From positions 20,139-84,138 of IMG/VR virus record IMGVR_UViG_3300036770_003386: 64,000 bases of DNA; one strand, written 5' to 3'. This document shows positions 47,601-58,845 of the stretch, piece by piece (the first letter of the stretch is position 1; each line of letters starts with the position of its first letter). This DNA comes from a virus. The notes below the pieces were generated by a model that searched no databases, had not been told where the DNA came from, and worked only from the letters and a program-made list of their open reading frames with translations. Position numbers and translations under genes: made by a program.

Positions 47601-50600
47601 TTCAATAAATCAGTTGGTTTAATTGAACTTATTCCACTTAATGTAAAGAAAGTGGATCCAATGGAAATTTGCCCGTCATTACCCGACAAGGAATGTGCTA
47701 TACCAGTATAAGTTAATGGATATTGTGCTAAGTTATTAATAGTAATCAGAGACTTTTCATTTTTTTTGTACATTTCAAATATGTGAGCATTACCTTCACC
47801 AAGATCAGTAAATGTAACTCCTGTTCCAGAATTTGCATTTGATTCAGTTAATGCAATTTTAAATTCACTATTTGATAACTTAATAGCATAAACACTTGAA
47901 GGTAATCTATCTGTTGAAATTCCAGTATCAGTTATTGATCCAGATGGAATTCCCATGGCACTTTGACCAAGACCAATAAAAGTTGATTTTGGTTTATAAA
48001 TTAAATTCTCCCCAGTACTGAAGAAATGATTATTTATTGTAAAAACACCAGTAACAGGATTTAAAACATTAGTGTCGAAAGGATCAAAAGATTTTGCAAA
48101 TATTGGAGTATTTCTGTATCTTAATTTGAAGTTTAATCTATCAATGTTATTTGAATTCAATCCAAAATATTTTGCAATGTTTAAATCTTCATACAGTGGA
48201 GTTAATGAAAGTGGTTGAGGAATATTTATTTGATCTAAGAATTTATAAAAAACTTCATTATAATGCTGTACAGTTATAGATTCTCCATTAAATTCATTGT
48301 AAGGTGTAAATATTACTTCAAATTTGTTTTGATCTACGAAAGAACTAAATGTTCCTATTCCAGAACTGTTACTAACTATTAAAATTGGATATTCTACAAT
48401 AACGGAATTAAGATCATCGTGAATAACCGCCAATTGGTGCAATGAACTAGTATTCCCAACACTAACTTTAACAAAAGATTTTACACTAGAGAAAAGTTCG
48501 GAATCATATGAGAAGATTGTAGAAGATGATGAAACAGTAGATGTCCCAGAGTCTAATATAACAGTTCTCTCACTAGTATCCGATTGTCTTGTTGATTTAA
48601 ATCTATATGTATCTATTCCAGAAGAAGTATCATCAAAACAGATAGTTTTTGTCCTAACTGTGATATTATTTTCTGATTGATTTAAATAATTTAATTTTAT
48701 TAATCCACCACTCACTGACAGCCCAAATGATCCTATAAATCCGTAACTAAAATCATTCTCATCGTTTCCATCAAAATAATAATCACTATGATAAACATCA
48801 TTCCCATCATAAGTTGCATAAATCTCAACATAATTCATTTCAAAAGTAGTTTTATTTAAAACATGAATTTGTGAATAAAATGAAGAATATAGTGAAGAAT
48901 CTAATGATAAAATATCTTCAGACTCTTCTGGTAATATTACATTTACTGTGTTGAATATATTGGATGATCCTACAGTTAAAGAAGATTCCGATTCTAATGT
49001 AGTTAAAAATCTACTTCCTAATATTTTTATTTCATAATCAATATTATATGGGTCTGTTGGTTCAAATAAGAAGTAGTAATTTTTAACATCGTCAACTACT
49101 GGAGTTATTTCTGCAATTTTTGTACCAAATACATTTGAATCTTCCCCAATAACATATAAATTACTTACTGTATTTTTTTCAAGGAAAAATACATCATCAT
49201 TATTTTTAAGGGAAATAATTTCAGAAAATTGAACTTCATTTGTACCATCCTCCACTAAATTTTGATTAGCAGATCTTATTTGAATTAAAAATCTTCCATA
49301 AAGTTGATCTTTTGGGAGAGATAAAATAATTTGATTCAATCTTCGTTCATTATCATCAGAACTGGAAAATTCTCTACTTATATCGTCTATTTGTAAAACT
49401 CTATTAGTTCTTGCTTCTACATAATCAGTTAACTTTAAATTTTTAAATCTTATAATTCTAGATACGTCGGAAATCGTATCATAATCACGAACAAAATCTA
49501 AATTTTTAATTACATCAACCCTAGATTCGGATATAAAGGATTGTATTGAGTCTATTCTTGAACTTGGTACTAACCCTGTAGAAACTATTCCACTAGTAAC
49601 TGATGAAATTTGTGTATCCGCAAAATTTTTGGTTCCAATTGGATGAACCATAGAGTTGACAACGGGAGAAATTTGATCCCAAGTTTTTTCACTCTTTATA
49701 GTATATGATAAATTTTGGTAATAATCATTATCTGGTAAGTATTGAAAATCATTACTGAGTTTACCTATATCGTCTTCCCAATCTAAAGATTTAATATTTT
49801 CTGCTCCAACTATAAAAGAACCGCTAACAACAGATAAATTTTCAACTGTAGCTAAATATCCACTAGAAAATCCTTTTATTACATCACCTACATGTAATTG
49901 ATAATCACCAGAAAGTTTTAAATAATTTTTATTAGATTTTTCAACAATTAAATCGGTAATAATAATATCATCAGACTGTAAAACAATCGATATTTGTTCT
50001 CCTAATTCAAATATACTATAGTCTTGTTCAACGCTAAAAATTGGGTAATTGGATTTTTTAACTATAGTAGCAAAAGTATTAATTTGGAATGTTACTGCAA
50101 TTCCTGGATCACCATACAACTCTGGTATTTGAATTACCATTCTTCCAGGGTTTGAATTTGAAGTGTAATCAATTACTTTGAAGAATTGATATCCATGATT
50201 TTCAGAATCAAATCCAATACCACTATCTGGTATTATTTCAATGTTTTCAATAAATACTTCATCATTAATAGCAAACGGATCATTTGTAAATCCTAAAATA
50301 GGAGTTTTTATCAAACATGTTAATATTCCCGCTCTTGATGATTCAATTCTGTCTATTATAATACCATTAGAATTATCTACAGATTTTATAGTTACCGGAG
50401 TTGATGGTAACCCATTGACTGGTACTTCAATAGTAACCAATTCTATATTTGCATTACCAAGTCCACCCCCAGACATTTTAGCTCTAAGGAGACCGTTATC
50501 TATTTTTTTTCCACTATTAGAATCAACAACAACCAAATTTGGTGCTGATGGATACTTTTTACCACCATTTACAACATTTACTCTTACTAAAGTATTTGAG

Positions 50601-53600
50601 TTGATTATTTTTACATTGTTTGATATATCTGCTTTTGGTGACAATGTTTTGTCATTGGAGTAATCAAATCCAGTATTTTTTAATGATATACTTCTAAGTT
50701 TACCAATACTCAATGATGATGGAATTACATTTAATCCCCTATCAGAATTTGATGAAGATAGGGAGTAACTTGGGATATCTTTATAATTAATTCCCGGATT
50801 AATTATTTTAACTTTACTTATAGATCCAATTCCAGATGCGGAATTTGTAGTATATGATAATACTTCACAATCATTAGAACTATAAGAAGATTCCTCTGGT
50901 GTATCATTCAAGTTAATATCAAAAGTTGTATCAGTAACATTAAAAATATTATATCTTCCAGAATACTTACTATCAATAAAATTAATTTCTGAAGAATTTT
51001 TAATGGTATCCTTTAATGTTACAAGTTCAGTATTTTTTTCTAAAGTGTAATAAAGTTTTTCTGGATAATTGTCAGAATATTTTAAAGTTATAGTTGCATC
51101 ACTACCAATACCTATGCTATTTACACCCACCAAGGAAAATTCTCCAGTAGAAGCAAAAGATACAAATTCTTTTGATAGAGTTTTATTTGCATATAGTTTA
51201 AATGTATACCCTTCTAATGATGAATCAGATACATTAAAGACTAAATCATTATTTTTTATAACATTTATTTTTGGTTGAACTAAGTTCAATTCTTGAGTTC
51301 CAATTCCAACTGATGTAAATTCAATAAAGTTTGGTGGTGCTGATATGGAATCTACATATGTTTGACATAGATTGACATTATTTGAATCAATTTTATGAAC
51401 ATAATAAGTTCCAGTGCTTAGACCTCCAATTACAGATGTTGAAATATAGTAAACTTTATCACCTGTAAATAGACCATGCTCAGATAAAGTTATTTTATTA
51501 TTTTGCAAATTAACTTCTGATGGTGTAAATGATAATAATTTTGTAGTGATTGATTTTATCTCATCATTATATTTCAAATTAATAAATGATGATCCACCAA
51601 TACCAACACTTTTTCTTGGTTTGACATCAATATTAACTGTATCATTCAAAGATAAATTATGAGATGTTGAAACTGAAACTGTACTTTTTACATCAATAAT
51701 ATTACACAAAATTTCATCAAAGGTAGATTCAAATGAATATTTGTAATTATTAGAACCAACTATGCCAGTAAAATATAATCCATTGGTGGTGGTAGTTAAT
51801 CCAACAGAAGTAACTATTCCAATATAATCTTCAGATTTGTTTATTATATACAATTCACGCTCTGTTTCAGATCCAGACAAAATCTGGAAAGAAATGTTAC
51901 CATCATTACTAACCTGAATACCTTGTGTTCCAGATGGTCTTCTTAAAATAACTTTTTGATTTGTTTTAAATCCATGATTTGGTAGATATATTGATTGAGT
52001 TGGTATTGGTACTGTAACTAACTTTAATCCATTATAAAAAGTTTTATTAGTAAAGGTTCCCGACCAAGTACCAATCCCAATAGAATTATTTGGGTTAAAA
52101 TATCTTAAATAATTTTCTACTTGTGTTGGTATATTGTTTTCAACGCTAATTCTTAAAACATCTGACAAAAATGAAACTGTAGAGTTTGCTGTATTTAAAC
52201 CAGAAGATATAGTTCTTTCAACTCTTAAAACATTAAGGTCATTAAAATAATTTAATATAGTAAAATATTGCTCATAATCTTCACCAATTATTTTAATAGA
52301 ACTTCCAATAGACACACGTTTTGGAAAATCCTGTAGATATATGTCAGTGATTATTCCTACAGCACCAAATGGTATACTATTGGATAATTTAGTATTAAAT
52401 TCTTCTACAAAAACAGTATGTTGACCATTTAATTGATCAAAAGATGAAGTTAATCCAGTTATGTTTACAGTAGAATTATTAACTAAATTAAAATTTGGTA
52501 AATATTTTACATAAATTTCAGCATTTGAATTTTTATAAACTTTCGAATTTTCGTATATTCTAACTGTGGATTGTATGCTGTCTACCTCTTTACCTATTAT
52601 TGATTCTACCGAAGACTCCAATCCATATCCAGAAGTTTTTTCATTGTCAAAATATAATATATCACCTACTTTATAGTTATTTTCACTATTACTCACTTCT
52701 AAAGATTCCACACTTCCAGAAGTAGTTGATTCTACATCACATATTTGTCCAAATATATTTGGAATAAAATCATTTCTTCCAAATTTTTGTCCGGATTTAT
52801 AGGGTAATGTATTTCTTAATAAGTTTGACTGATTAAAATCAAATTTTTGATTAAAGTCTGGATTGGTGTTTTCTGCTATAAATTTAGATCTATAATATTT
52901 TCCAATAAAATATGGAAATACTCCTATGTAATTATTTTCTGGGTTTAATTTTGCAGTTGCAAAATAAGCATAAACACCATTTGGGTATTCGGGAGTTTTG
53001 CAAAATCTTCCATTATATTCATCAAGATCTCCAGAATTTGTAAACTTGTAATCCTCGATAAAGTAACCAAGAGGAAAATCTGAAGTGCTTACTCTATTTT
53101 CAACCTCAAATAAAGAATAACCAGATTCTATTAATTTTATTTCTGAACTAAAATTTTCTGGATCAGAATAACCAAATGGACCATAAATTGGAATTCCATC
53201 ATAAGACCATCCTATAATTGGAGAGTGATTTGTGATAGACTCATTGAATAGAGATTTTAATAATTCTGAATATCCTGTCACTACATATTGAAGAGTATTT
53301 TCTTTTGTTTTATGCAACAGTTCATAAGATTGATCTCTATATAATTCATACTGTATTCCATATTTGTAACAATTATCTAGTGTTAAAGATCTAATTTTTG
53401 GGAGGAATACTGCATTTTTTCCAGTGGAAATAACTTTCAAAGTAGTATCATCGGGGTTATATCCATATCCCTGATTTAGCACTGTTACAGAATTTAATCT
53501 TCCATTTAGTATATTTGCTCTTAAAAGAGCTCCAACACCACTCTTGCTTTCGATAATTATATCTGGTACGGAATAATAGTTATTTCCATAGTATGAAACT

Positions 53601-56600
53601 AAAACATCCACAATTCTTCCTGCAGATATTACAGGAGTTAATTGTGCAAATTCACCATCCAATATTTTTACATCAGGAACATTTTCTAAATTTAATATAG
53701 TAGATCCATAATTAGATCCTTCTTCATAAAGATAAGTCTGAACTATAGAACCTTTTACAACTGGTGTTGCTACAATAGACCTGATTGATTGACCATCTGG
53801 TAAAGTGTATGAAACATTTACTGTTATTTCTGGATAGTTAAAATATTGATATCCAGATCCTGTAGATTCAAATTTAATATAATTTTCTCTTAAGTAATTT
53901 TGATTATCTGTACCACCAATACCAGCATTGCATACCCTAAAGGAATTGTTATCTACCTTTAAAACATAATACTGGTTTGATGTAGACAAACCTGATATTG
54001 GTGTTGTCTGAAAATCATAAGTAACTAATTCTCCACTAGAAAATCCATGTGAAGTAAAGTTAATTGTATGATTATATGTTGATATACCACTTGGCTTTAC
54101 AATTAATTTTCTATTTATAAAACCTTCTCCACTATCTATAATTTTAAGTGAATCTAATACATTTTTTGGTTCAGTTTTAAATTTATGGATTCCAAAATTA
54201 CCAACAGTAGTAAATCCAACAGTGTTTATTCCAGATACATAATCACCATATGTTGGATAAATTTGTATAGTCTTGGAGTTAATTATTTTTGCGTAAAAAA
54301 TAGAATTATTCCCCAAATATCTTCCAGTATCAGAATCTGATCCCTGAAATACTCCTAGTCCTATTTTTTCATTATTAATATTATTAATATCATAAATTAC
54401 TTTTTGACCATCTATAAAGTTGTGATCGGTTAAAAAAGTAATCGTTTCAGATGTTATACTTAAACCACCACCTTCTTCTAAAATTCTTGCATCAAAAAAT
54501 ACTTCTCTACTTTTTAACTTAGTTACTGGAGACAAAATTGCTCCTTTTCCATTTCCACCAGAAACTTTTATTGTTAATGGTCTATCAATATTGAATTCTT
54601 GTGAATCTATGTGTATTCTTTCAATCTTTCCTTGAACAACAGGTTGTAATTTTGCACTCCCATAAGAAAATTCTAATCTTGGAGGATTAATAACATCATA
54701 ATCTTCACCAGGATTTACTACCATAACAGATTCTAATGGGCCATAATAAATTTTATCATTAGATTTAGGACTAAGAATTTCTACACCATTTGCAAGAATT
54801 CCTACTGTTTCAGTACCAATTTCATCCTTACCGTCATAATAAATGTCAACATTAAGTTTGATTTTTTTTAATAATTTTTGTGGATGTATAGATTCATCTT
54901 CAGTTTTTTGTGAAGAGAGTGTGAAATTATGAGTTCCACTGGGTATGGACTCTAAATATACGAATTTATCTATTGATATAAAAGATCGAGAAAGATATAA
55001 TTTAATTTGTTTTTTATCTGAAGATACTGTAATATAGTACAATCCTTCAGAAAGTCCTCCTATAGCAGAATCTGAATATGAATAATATACTCTATCTCCA
55101 CTTAAAAAAGATACTTCATTATTAAAACTTACTGAAGTATATTTTCCTTCTTCACTATCAAAATTAACCAAAGACGATGCATTATATGAAAACAAATCTT
55201 TAGTTATTTCATATGAAGGTAATGAATTTGATGCGATGTAAACATTTTCATCATCTTCAGTGTATACATTAGTAACATCACAAGTAAGATTATTGTATTT
55301 TAATGGAACTATTGAACTTGTTGAAGTTTTTACTTTTCTTCTAATATCATAATCCTTTAGTGTATTCAGAGAACTTAAATTTGTATTGAATTCTAGTTCT
55401 CCTGTTTCTTTGTCTATTGAAGTTATTTCTACATTACTTAAAGAATCCTCTAATATTTCAGTATTTCTTTCCAAAAATTCTACATAGTCACCCACTTTAA
55501 GTGATGAATCATCAATTTCACTTAAAGTGAAAGCAGTTCTTGAATTTACATTAAAACTACTAAGTTCATATCTAGAACTAGTATTGTAGATAAAAGTATT
55601 TGCGATTATTTCTACATCTGTCTTAGTTGATTGTGGATTTTCAATTAAATTTCCTAAATGTTTAATATAAATTTTATCCCCTTCTGTAAAGATATAATCA
55701 GAATTACTTTCATTTCTTATTTGAAGATCATTAACAACGCCTAGAAGGCGAAGGTTGACTCTTTTAGTTTTATCACCATTTTCATATCCAAAATAAGTAT
55801 CATTAGAATAAACATTAGATGTTTTTTCTATATTAGCATCAATATAGTTCTTATTTGCAGTATAGCATCCAAAAAATTGGTTAATACTTTTATCGGTATA
55901 AAAAATTTCAACCCCATTCTGGAATATACTTCCAGAATTTTCAAATCCAATTGTAGAATCTACTGTAAGGACATTTGCATTATCTGTGGAAGATATTTTT
56001 TCTATGACTTTAGTTGTTGGAGTTACTGTAAATTCTCCACTATTTTCAGAGTTAGAATCATCATAACCTAAAAATATATAAAACTTATAATAAGTCTTAT
56101 TATTTCTTGTGAAAATTTCTGCTTCTGATACTGAACCAAATACATTTGAATTATTGTTTTTTGTTACTTGATATCCAGTTAATAATAAAGGATCTTTATC
56201 TGTAGATAGATTTTCAAATAATAATTCTTTTCTACGTCTATAATTCGATGCAGAAGTTTTAAATAAAAATGTTTCTAAATCAACGATCTTTGGATCTATT
56301 CCATATAATGCATTAAATAGAATTCTGAAAGATTCTTTACTTCCTTTTGCTTGATAGAAAGACTTCGAATTCTTTATAAAATTGTTTACATTTAACTGAT
56401 CATACAAACTTACTTTTTCTAATCCTGGGAGAAAAGTAAATTTAATTTTCTCATAGAATTTTTGTAGAAACAACACACTCAAATTTACAACCTTTGAGTT
56501 ATTTGAGTGTGTTGCTGAATTAGTAGTACTAAAAACTAATTCAGTGTTATAAGATTCAATTCCACTAAATCCTCTTACACATCCAGTAAATCTATCAGAT

Positions 56601-56941
56601 AATCTTTCTTTGTAAGTAATAATTTCATCATCAATCTGAAGTAATCCATAAGAATTTGGAAAACCTAATGTGTTGTTAACATAAATTACTTCATCTCCGA
56701 TAGCAACATCTTGAGTCAGTAAAGTATTACCCGCAACTACTTCAGGAGTTAAATTATCTAATTTAAGATATTCTACTAAATTTTGAACAACATCTACACT
56801 TCCTCCTTGGTGCTCTTGAGAAATGTAGTACTGTTTTAAAAATTCAGAAAATTTTGGGTTTTCTTCTAATATAAATTCTGGTATTTGATTATCAATAATT
56901 TCTTGAATTCTTACCTTTGATTCAAAATTTGATTGTCCCAT
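44609..56941 (-). CDS. giant baseplate wedge initiator (gp7-like), 4110 aa
   Basis: Between gp6 and gp8; FLKQYYISQE, FYQAKGSKESFRILF, VHPIGTKNF motifs. Confidence 0.75.
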   Translation of the reverse strand: MGQSNFESKVRIQEIIDNQIPEFILEENPKFSEFLKQYYISQEHQGGSVDVVQNLVEYLKLDNLTPEVVAGNTLLTQDVAIGDEVIYVNNTLGFPNSYGLLQIDDEIITYKERLSDRFTGCVRGFSGIESYNTELVFSTTNSATHSNNSKVVNLSVLFLQKFYEKIKFTFLPGLEKVSLYDQLNVNNFIKNSKSFYQAKGSKESFRILFNALYGIDPKIVDLETFLFKTSASNYRRRKELLFENLSTDKDPLLLTGYQVTKNNNSNVFGSVSEAEIFTRNNKTYYKFYIFLGYDDSNSENSGEFTVTPTTKVIEKISSTDNANVLTVDSTIGFENSGSIFQNGVEIFYTDKSINQFFGCYTANKNYIDANIEKTSNVYSNDTYFGYENGDKTKRVNLRLLGVVNDLQIRNESNSDYIFTEGDKIYIKHLGNLIENPQSTKTDVEIIANTFIYNTSSRYELSSFNVNSRTAFTLSEIDDSSLKVGDYVEFLERNTEILEDSLSNVEITSIDKETGELEFNTNLSSLNTLKDYDIRRKVKTSTSSIVPLKYNNLTCDVTNVYTEDDENVYIASNSLPSYEITKDLFSYNASSLVNFDSEEGKYTSVSFNNEVSFLSGDRVYYSYSDSAIGGLSEGLYYITVSSDKKQIKLYLSRSFISIDKFVYLESIPSGTHNFTLSSQKTEDESIHPQKLLKKIKLNVDIYYDGKDEIGTETVGILANGVEILSPKSNDKIYYGPLESVMVVNPGEDYDVINPPRLEFSYGSAKLQPVVQGKIERIHIDSQEFNIDRPLTIKVSGGNGKGAILSPVTKLKSREVFFDARILEEGGGLSITSETITFLTDHNFIDGQKVIYDINNINNEKIGLGVFQGSDSDTGRYLGNNSIFYAKIINSKTIQIYPTYGDYVSGINTVGFTTVGNFGIHKFKTEPKNVLDSLKIIDSGEGFINRKLIVKPSGISTYNHTINFTSHGFSSGELVTYDFQTTPISGLSTSNQYYVLKVDNNSFRVCNAGIGGTDNQNYLRENYIKFESTGSGYQYFNYPEITVNVSYTLPDGQSIRSIVATPVVKGSIVQTYLYEEGSNYGSTILNLENVPDVKILDGEFAQLTPVISAGRIVDVLVSYYGNNYYSVPDIIIESKSGVGALLRANILNGRLNSVTVLNQGYGYNPDDTTLKVISTGKNAVFLPKIRSLTLDNCYKYGIQYELYRDQSYELLHKTKENTLQYVVTGYSELLKSLFNESITNHSPIIGWSYDGIPIYGPFGYSDPENFSSEIKLIESGYSLFEVENRVSTSDFPLGYFIEDYKFTNSGDLDEYNGRFCKTPEYPNGVYAYFATAKLNPENNYIGVFPYFIGKYYRSKFIAENTNPDFNQKFDFNQSNLLRNTLPYKSGQKFGRNDFIPNIFGQICDVESTTSGSVESLEVSNSENNYKVGDILYFDNEKTSGYGLESSVESIIGKEVDSIQSTVRIYENSKVYKNSNAEIYVKYLPNFNLVNNSTVNITGLTSSFDQLNGQHTVFVEEFNTKLSNSIPFGAVGIITDIYLQDFPKRVSIGSSIKIIGEDYEQYFTILNYFNDLNVLRVERTISSGLNTANSTVSFLSDVLRISVENNIPTQVENYLRYFNPNNSIGIGTWSGTFTNKTFYNGLKLVTVPIPTQSIYLPNHGFKTNQKVILRRPSGTQGIQVSNDGNISFQILSGSETERELYIINKSEDYIGIVTSVGLTTTTNGLYFTGIVGSNNYKYSFESTFDEILCNIIDVKSTVSVSTSHNLSLNDTVNIDVKPRKSVGIGGSSFINLKYNDEIKSITTKLLSFTPSEVNLQNNKITLSEHGLFTGDKVYYISTSVIGGLSTGTYYVHKIDSNNVNLCQTYVDSISAPPNFIEFTSVGIGTQELNLVQPKINVIKNNDLVFNVSDSSLEGYTFKLYANKTLSKEFVSFASTGEFSLVGVNSIGIGSDATITLKYSDNYPEKLYYTLEKNTELVTLKDTIKNSSEINFIDSKYSGRYNIFNVTDTTFDINLNDTPEESSYSSNDCEVLSYTTNSASGIGSISKVKIINPGINYKDIPSYSLSSSNSDRGLNVIPSSLSIGKLRSISLKNTGFDYSNDKTLSPKADISNNVKIINSNTLVRVNVVNGGKKYPSAPNLVVVDSNSGKKIDNGLLRAKMSGGGLGNANIELVTIEVPVNGLPSTPVTIKSVDNSNGIIIDRIESSRAGILTCLIKTPILGFTNDPFAINDEVFIENIEIIPDSGIGFDSENHGYQFFKVIDYTSNSNPGRMVIQIPELYGDPGIAVTFQINTFATIVKKSNYPIFSVEQDYSIFELGEQISIVLQSDDIIITDLIVEKSNKNYLKLSGDYQLHVGDVIKGFSSGYLATVENLSVVSGSFIVGAENIKSLDWEDDIGKLSNDFQYLPDNDYYQNLSYTIKSEKTWDQISPVVNSMVHPIGTKNFADTQISSVTSGIVSTGLVPSSRIDSIQSFISESRVDVIKNLDFVRDYDTISDVSRIIRFKNLKLTDYVEARTNRVLQIDDISREFSSSDDNERRLNQIILSLPKDQLYGRFLIQIRSANQNLVEDGTNEVQFSEIISLKNNDDVFFLEKNTVSNLYVIGEDSNVFGTKIAEITPVVDDVKNYYFLFEPTDPYNIDYEIKILGSRFLTTLESESSLTVGSSNIFNTVNVILPEESEDILSLDSSLYSSFYSQIHVLNKTTFEMNYVEIYATYDGNDVYHSDYYFDGNDENDFSYGFIGSFGLSVSGGLIKLNYLNQSENNITVRTKTICFDDTSSGIDTYRFKSTRQSDTSERTVILDSGTSTVSSSSTIFSYDSELFSSVKSFVKVSVGNTSSLHQLAVIHDDLNSVIVEYPILIVSNSSGIGTFSSFVDQNKFEVIFTPYNEFNGESITVQHYNEVFYKFLDQINIPQPLSLTPLYEDLNIAKYFGLNSNNIDRLNFKLRYRNTPIFAKSFDPFDTNVLNPVTGVFTINNHFFSTGENLIYKPKSTFIGLGQSAMGIPSGSITDTGISTDRLPSSVYAIKLSNSEFKIALTESNANSGTGVTFTDLGEGNAHIFEMYKKNEKSLITINNLAQYPLTYTGIAHSLSGNDGQISIGSTFFTLSGISSIKPTDLLKIGDEYMRVLNVGIGTSNSGPILFFTGDKNIVEVERGFVGTSATSHLDDSEVKIYRGSYNIFEDEIYFTQPPRGNIFDLVTKDERNLERSRASFSGRVFLRQDYSTNVIFDDISSQFTGIGETFILKSQGINTVGLGTTSGNGILFINGIYQTPLTENITDYNFKIVENPSVGITSVVFSGIRNDNDEITISESDVNQNQLPRGGIIVSLGSTAGLGYAPLVGAKVKASLDVNGTITDIIGIATTGNSIAFTTVSYNNETGILRVFAPSTDGLIGANQVKIVGLAFTCPSNPGIVSYFPSHNYSLNLVGIGTTSFSVQVGTSTLPHYYIGYGTIYPWYEDLNFGSGYRGTISIGVTESGHMGDPATITASVGAGGTLSFTVGAGGTGYSNPIIQVSPPSYENLPIIGVSRLGIGETTETGIGLLMNVEVGASPNNVGIGTTLFEVSSFKITRPGYNFRRGDIFRPVGLVTAKDLSEPIEEFKLAVLETYNDDFAAWQFGELNLIDSIRRFQNGSRLNYPLYYEDELLSFQTNIDDPDSQVIDFDSLLVIFVNGILQEPGTAYEFTGGSSVRFLTAPKVDDNVEIYFYVGTRDVDSQRVEVDELLQIGDTVQIYSNNSNLQNTVTQNTRTIFDFISSDLMETNLYSEQGVDEENQKPIFWIKQKEDIIINDILYSKSRDSLEPQVYPTAKIIKDFSSSDNEVFVDNASFFDYEEELPTEKINLLIIPSNESIEVGIVTAVVSAAGTIQSLSIVNSGFGYAGGSIDIKISNPYYGVGVGVGTTATASLTISSGSISNATIVNPGFGYTNTNPPQVIIEYPDIEFEECLNANVVVGFDGIITGIGTTNGIGTDLSIEFKLFKSDEVYSDLSVGYPIYIFDTQVGTGLTTIDQNESDIIGVSTSYLDNIYYIHGIDTLTGIITCNISNSTNIVGIATTGTLSNPVGKFSWGKISGFTRSSNPVSIGVSGYEINSGLTTHPTVQRKGYGLRRTGALKKDLKT

Positions 56942-56942
56942 A

Positions 56943-58844
56943 TTATTTTCTAATTAGACTTCCGTTGGAGTAACTTGATTGATAATAATCTCTAGTGAAT
57001 AAAACACCAGAAGTATTTTCACCAGAAGATATTACATCTTTAATCATATTTATTTTACTTTTTGGAATATCTAAAGAAAGATATAAATCTTTAAGAGCTA
57101 TTACATCATTTGATTCTGGATATGCCTGAATTTCAACTACACTGTCTGGAAGTTCAGTTGCAACAATATTAATTGCATTTAATCTAATTTCTCCAGTTAC
57201 ATAATCAACTATTCCAGCAGAACTTATGATAGTCCTTGGTAACTGTGTAGGATTTTCAGATAACTTGATTATTGCAATAGTTCCAGTAAGTTTATCTTCT
57301 TTTGGAATATCTGTTAAGTAAACAAATTCATTTTCTGATGGTATTTTAAAACCTGTAGATTTTATATTTGTCCCTTCATGATTAACATGGAATCTATTAC
57401 CATAACATAATTCATACTCTGCAAATTGATTTAATAAGACGTTTAAATTTCTTCTGATTGTTATTTTAGTAATGTTTGAGGTTATGGAGACATCTGTGTT
57501 GTCTATTACCTGCAATAATTTACTATATTTGAATCTACCACCAAATCTATTAACATCTAAAGAATTTGAGTATGATATTAATGAGTTTTCAACTTTTGTC
57601 TTTAATGTTTCAACACCAGGAGAATTAGATGTATTATAGTAGATATAAGAATCTAATTCGACGTAAAGAACTTTAATATCTACAATTTTTTGATTAATTC
57701 CAGTAATTGTATATTGCTTAAGTCTTGATAATACATTTTGCTTATCAAATTGAGAAATATATAAACCATCTTTTGGTTTAATTGCTATAGTTATTGATCC
57801 AAATTCAGGTGGATCCAAATCTTCGCCACCAATTACATTGACTACTTCTGCATTTGGATATATGATATTTTTAATAATTGATTCATAATCGCCAGATGTT
57901 ACTGCTCTGTATTGGGATGAATAAAGTCTTGGTGCAAAATAACGAATTGAGTCTACTGATTCTATATTTGAACCATTTTTAGATGATTGATTTGTTGTGA
58001 TTGTAACAGTATTTGATGGTGCGATTAAGACCCCATTTGAATTTTTAACTGATCCTACAAATGAGAAGTCAGACGCCCCATTACCATCTCTACCATCAGT
58101 TACAATATAATTTACCGTAATAACTGATCCATTCTCAAGAGATTTTCCAAAAACACCGTCACCAAACAGAAGTTCATATTTCTCATCTTTTACTTCTTGT
58201 ATTAAAAATATTTCTGATTCACTATTTACAGTAATTATATTATCTACAAGTGAATATTTTTTACCAATTCCTGTATCACTAATACCCTTTACATAGACGC
58301 GAATAGTGCTGGTATCTACATATGGGTTTGGAATAATGAATTTTTGATCTAATGAACTATCAACAGTAAAGGTCAGGGATAAAAATCTCCCTTGATAAAT
58401 TTCAATATTTTCAAATGATGCGACACCATTTGAAACTGTTCTAGTAATTTCTTCTGGTATTGAAAATATATAAGAAGTATTATCTACTGCACCAACACAA
58501 AGTAATTCTGGTTGAAGAGCAAGAGTTGTGGTCTCACTATTGGTTTCTATATCAAACGATACTACTGCAGTTGAACATTTTCTGGATCTGGGTACATATC
58601 CAATATTTCTTGCAAGAGATACTACATTTTCACGAAGAGTTGCAGAATCTAAAAATACCTCATTAACAGATAAGTTTGAATTAAATGCATTAATATAGGT
58701 ATTATATGCTAATGTATCAATTAGAACTGAAAAATTAGATCCCTCAAAGTCAAAATCAGTAAAGTTACTGTTTGCTCTTAAATAATCCTTTATCGAAGAT
58801 TTTATCTGATCAAAATCTAAGTTGGTATAATTGGTGAAAGGCAT
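56943..58844 (-). CDS. gp6: baseplate wedge subunit (T4 gp6)
   Basis: LDFDQIKSSIKDYL, FTDFDFEGS, SQYRAVTSGDY. Confidence 0.93.
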   Translation of the reverse strand: MPFTNYTNLDFDQIKSSIKDYLRANSNFTDFDFEGSNFSVLIDTLAYNTYINAFNSNLSVNEVFLDSATLRENVVSLARNIGYVPRSRKCSTAVVSFDIETNSETTTLALQPELLCVGAVDNTSYIFSIPEEITRTVSNGVASFENIEIYQGRFLSLTFTVDSSLDQKFIIPNPYVDTSTIRVYVKGISDTGIGKKYSLVDNIITVNSESEIFLIQEVKDEKYELLFGDGVFGKSLENGSVITVNYIVTDGRDGNGASDFSFVGSVKNSNGVLIAPSNTVTITTNQSSKNGSNIESVDSIRYFAPRLYSSQYRAVTSGDYESIIKNIIYPNAEVVNVIGGEDLDPPEFGSITIAIKPKDGLYISQFDKQNVLSRLKQYTITGINQKIVDIKVLYVELDSYIYYNTSNSPGVETLKTKVENSLISYSNSLDVNRFGGRFKYSKLLQVIDNTDVSITSNITKITIRRNLNVLLNQFAEYELCYGNRFHVNHEGTNIKSTGFKIPSENEFVYLTDIPKEDKLTGTIAIIKLSENPTQLPRTIISSAGIVDYVTGEIRLNAINIVATELPDSVVEIQAYPESNDVIALKDLYLSLDIPKSKINMIKDVISSGENTSGVLFTRDYYQSSYSNGSLIRK

Positions 58845-58845
58845 T

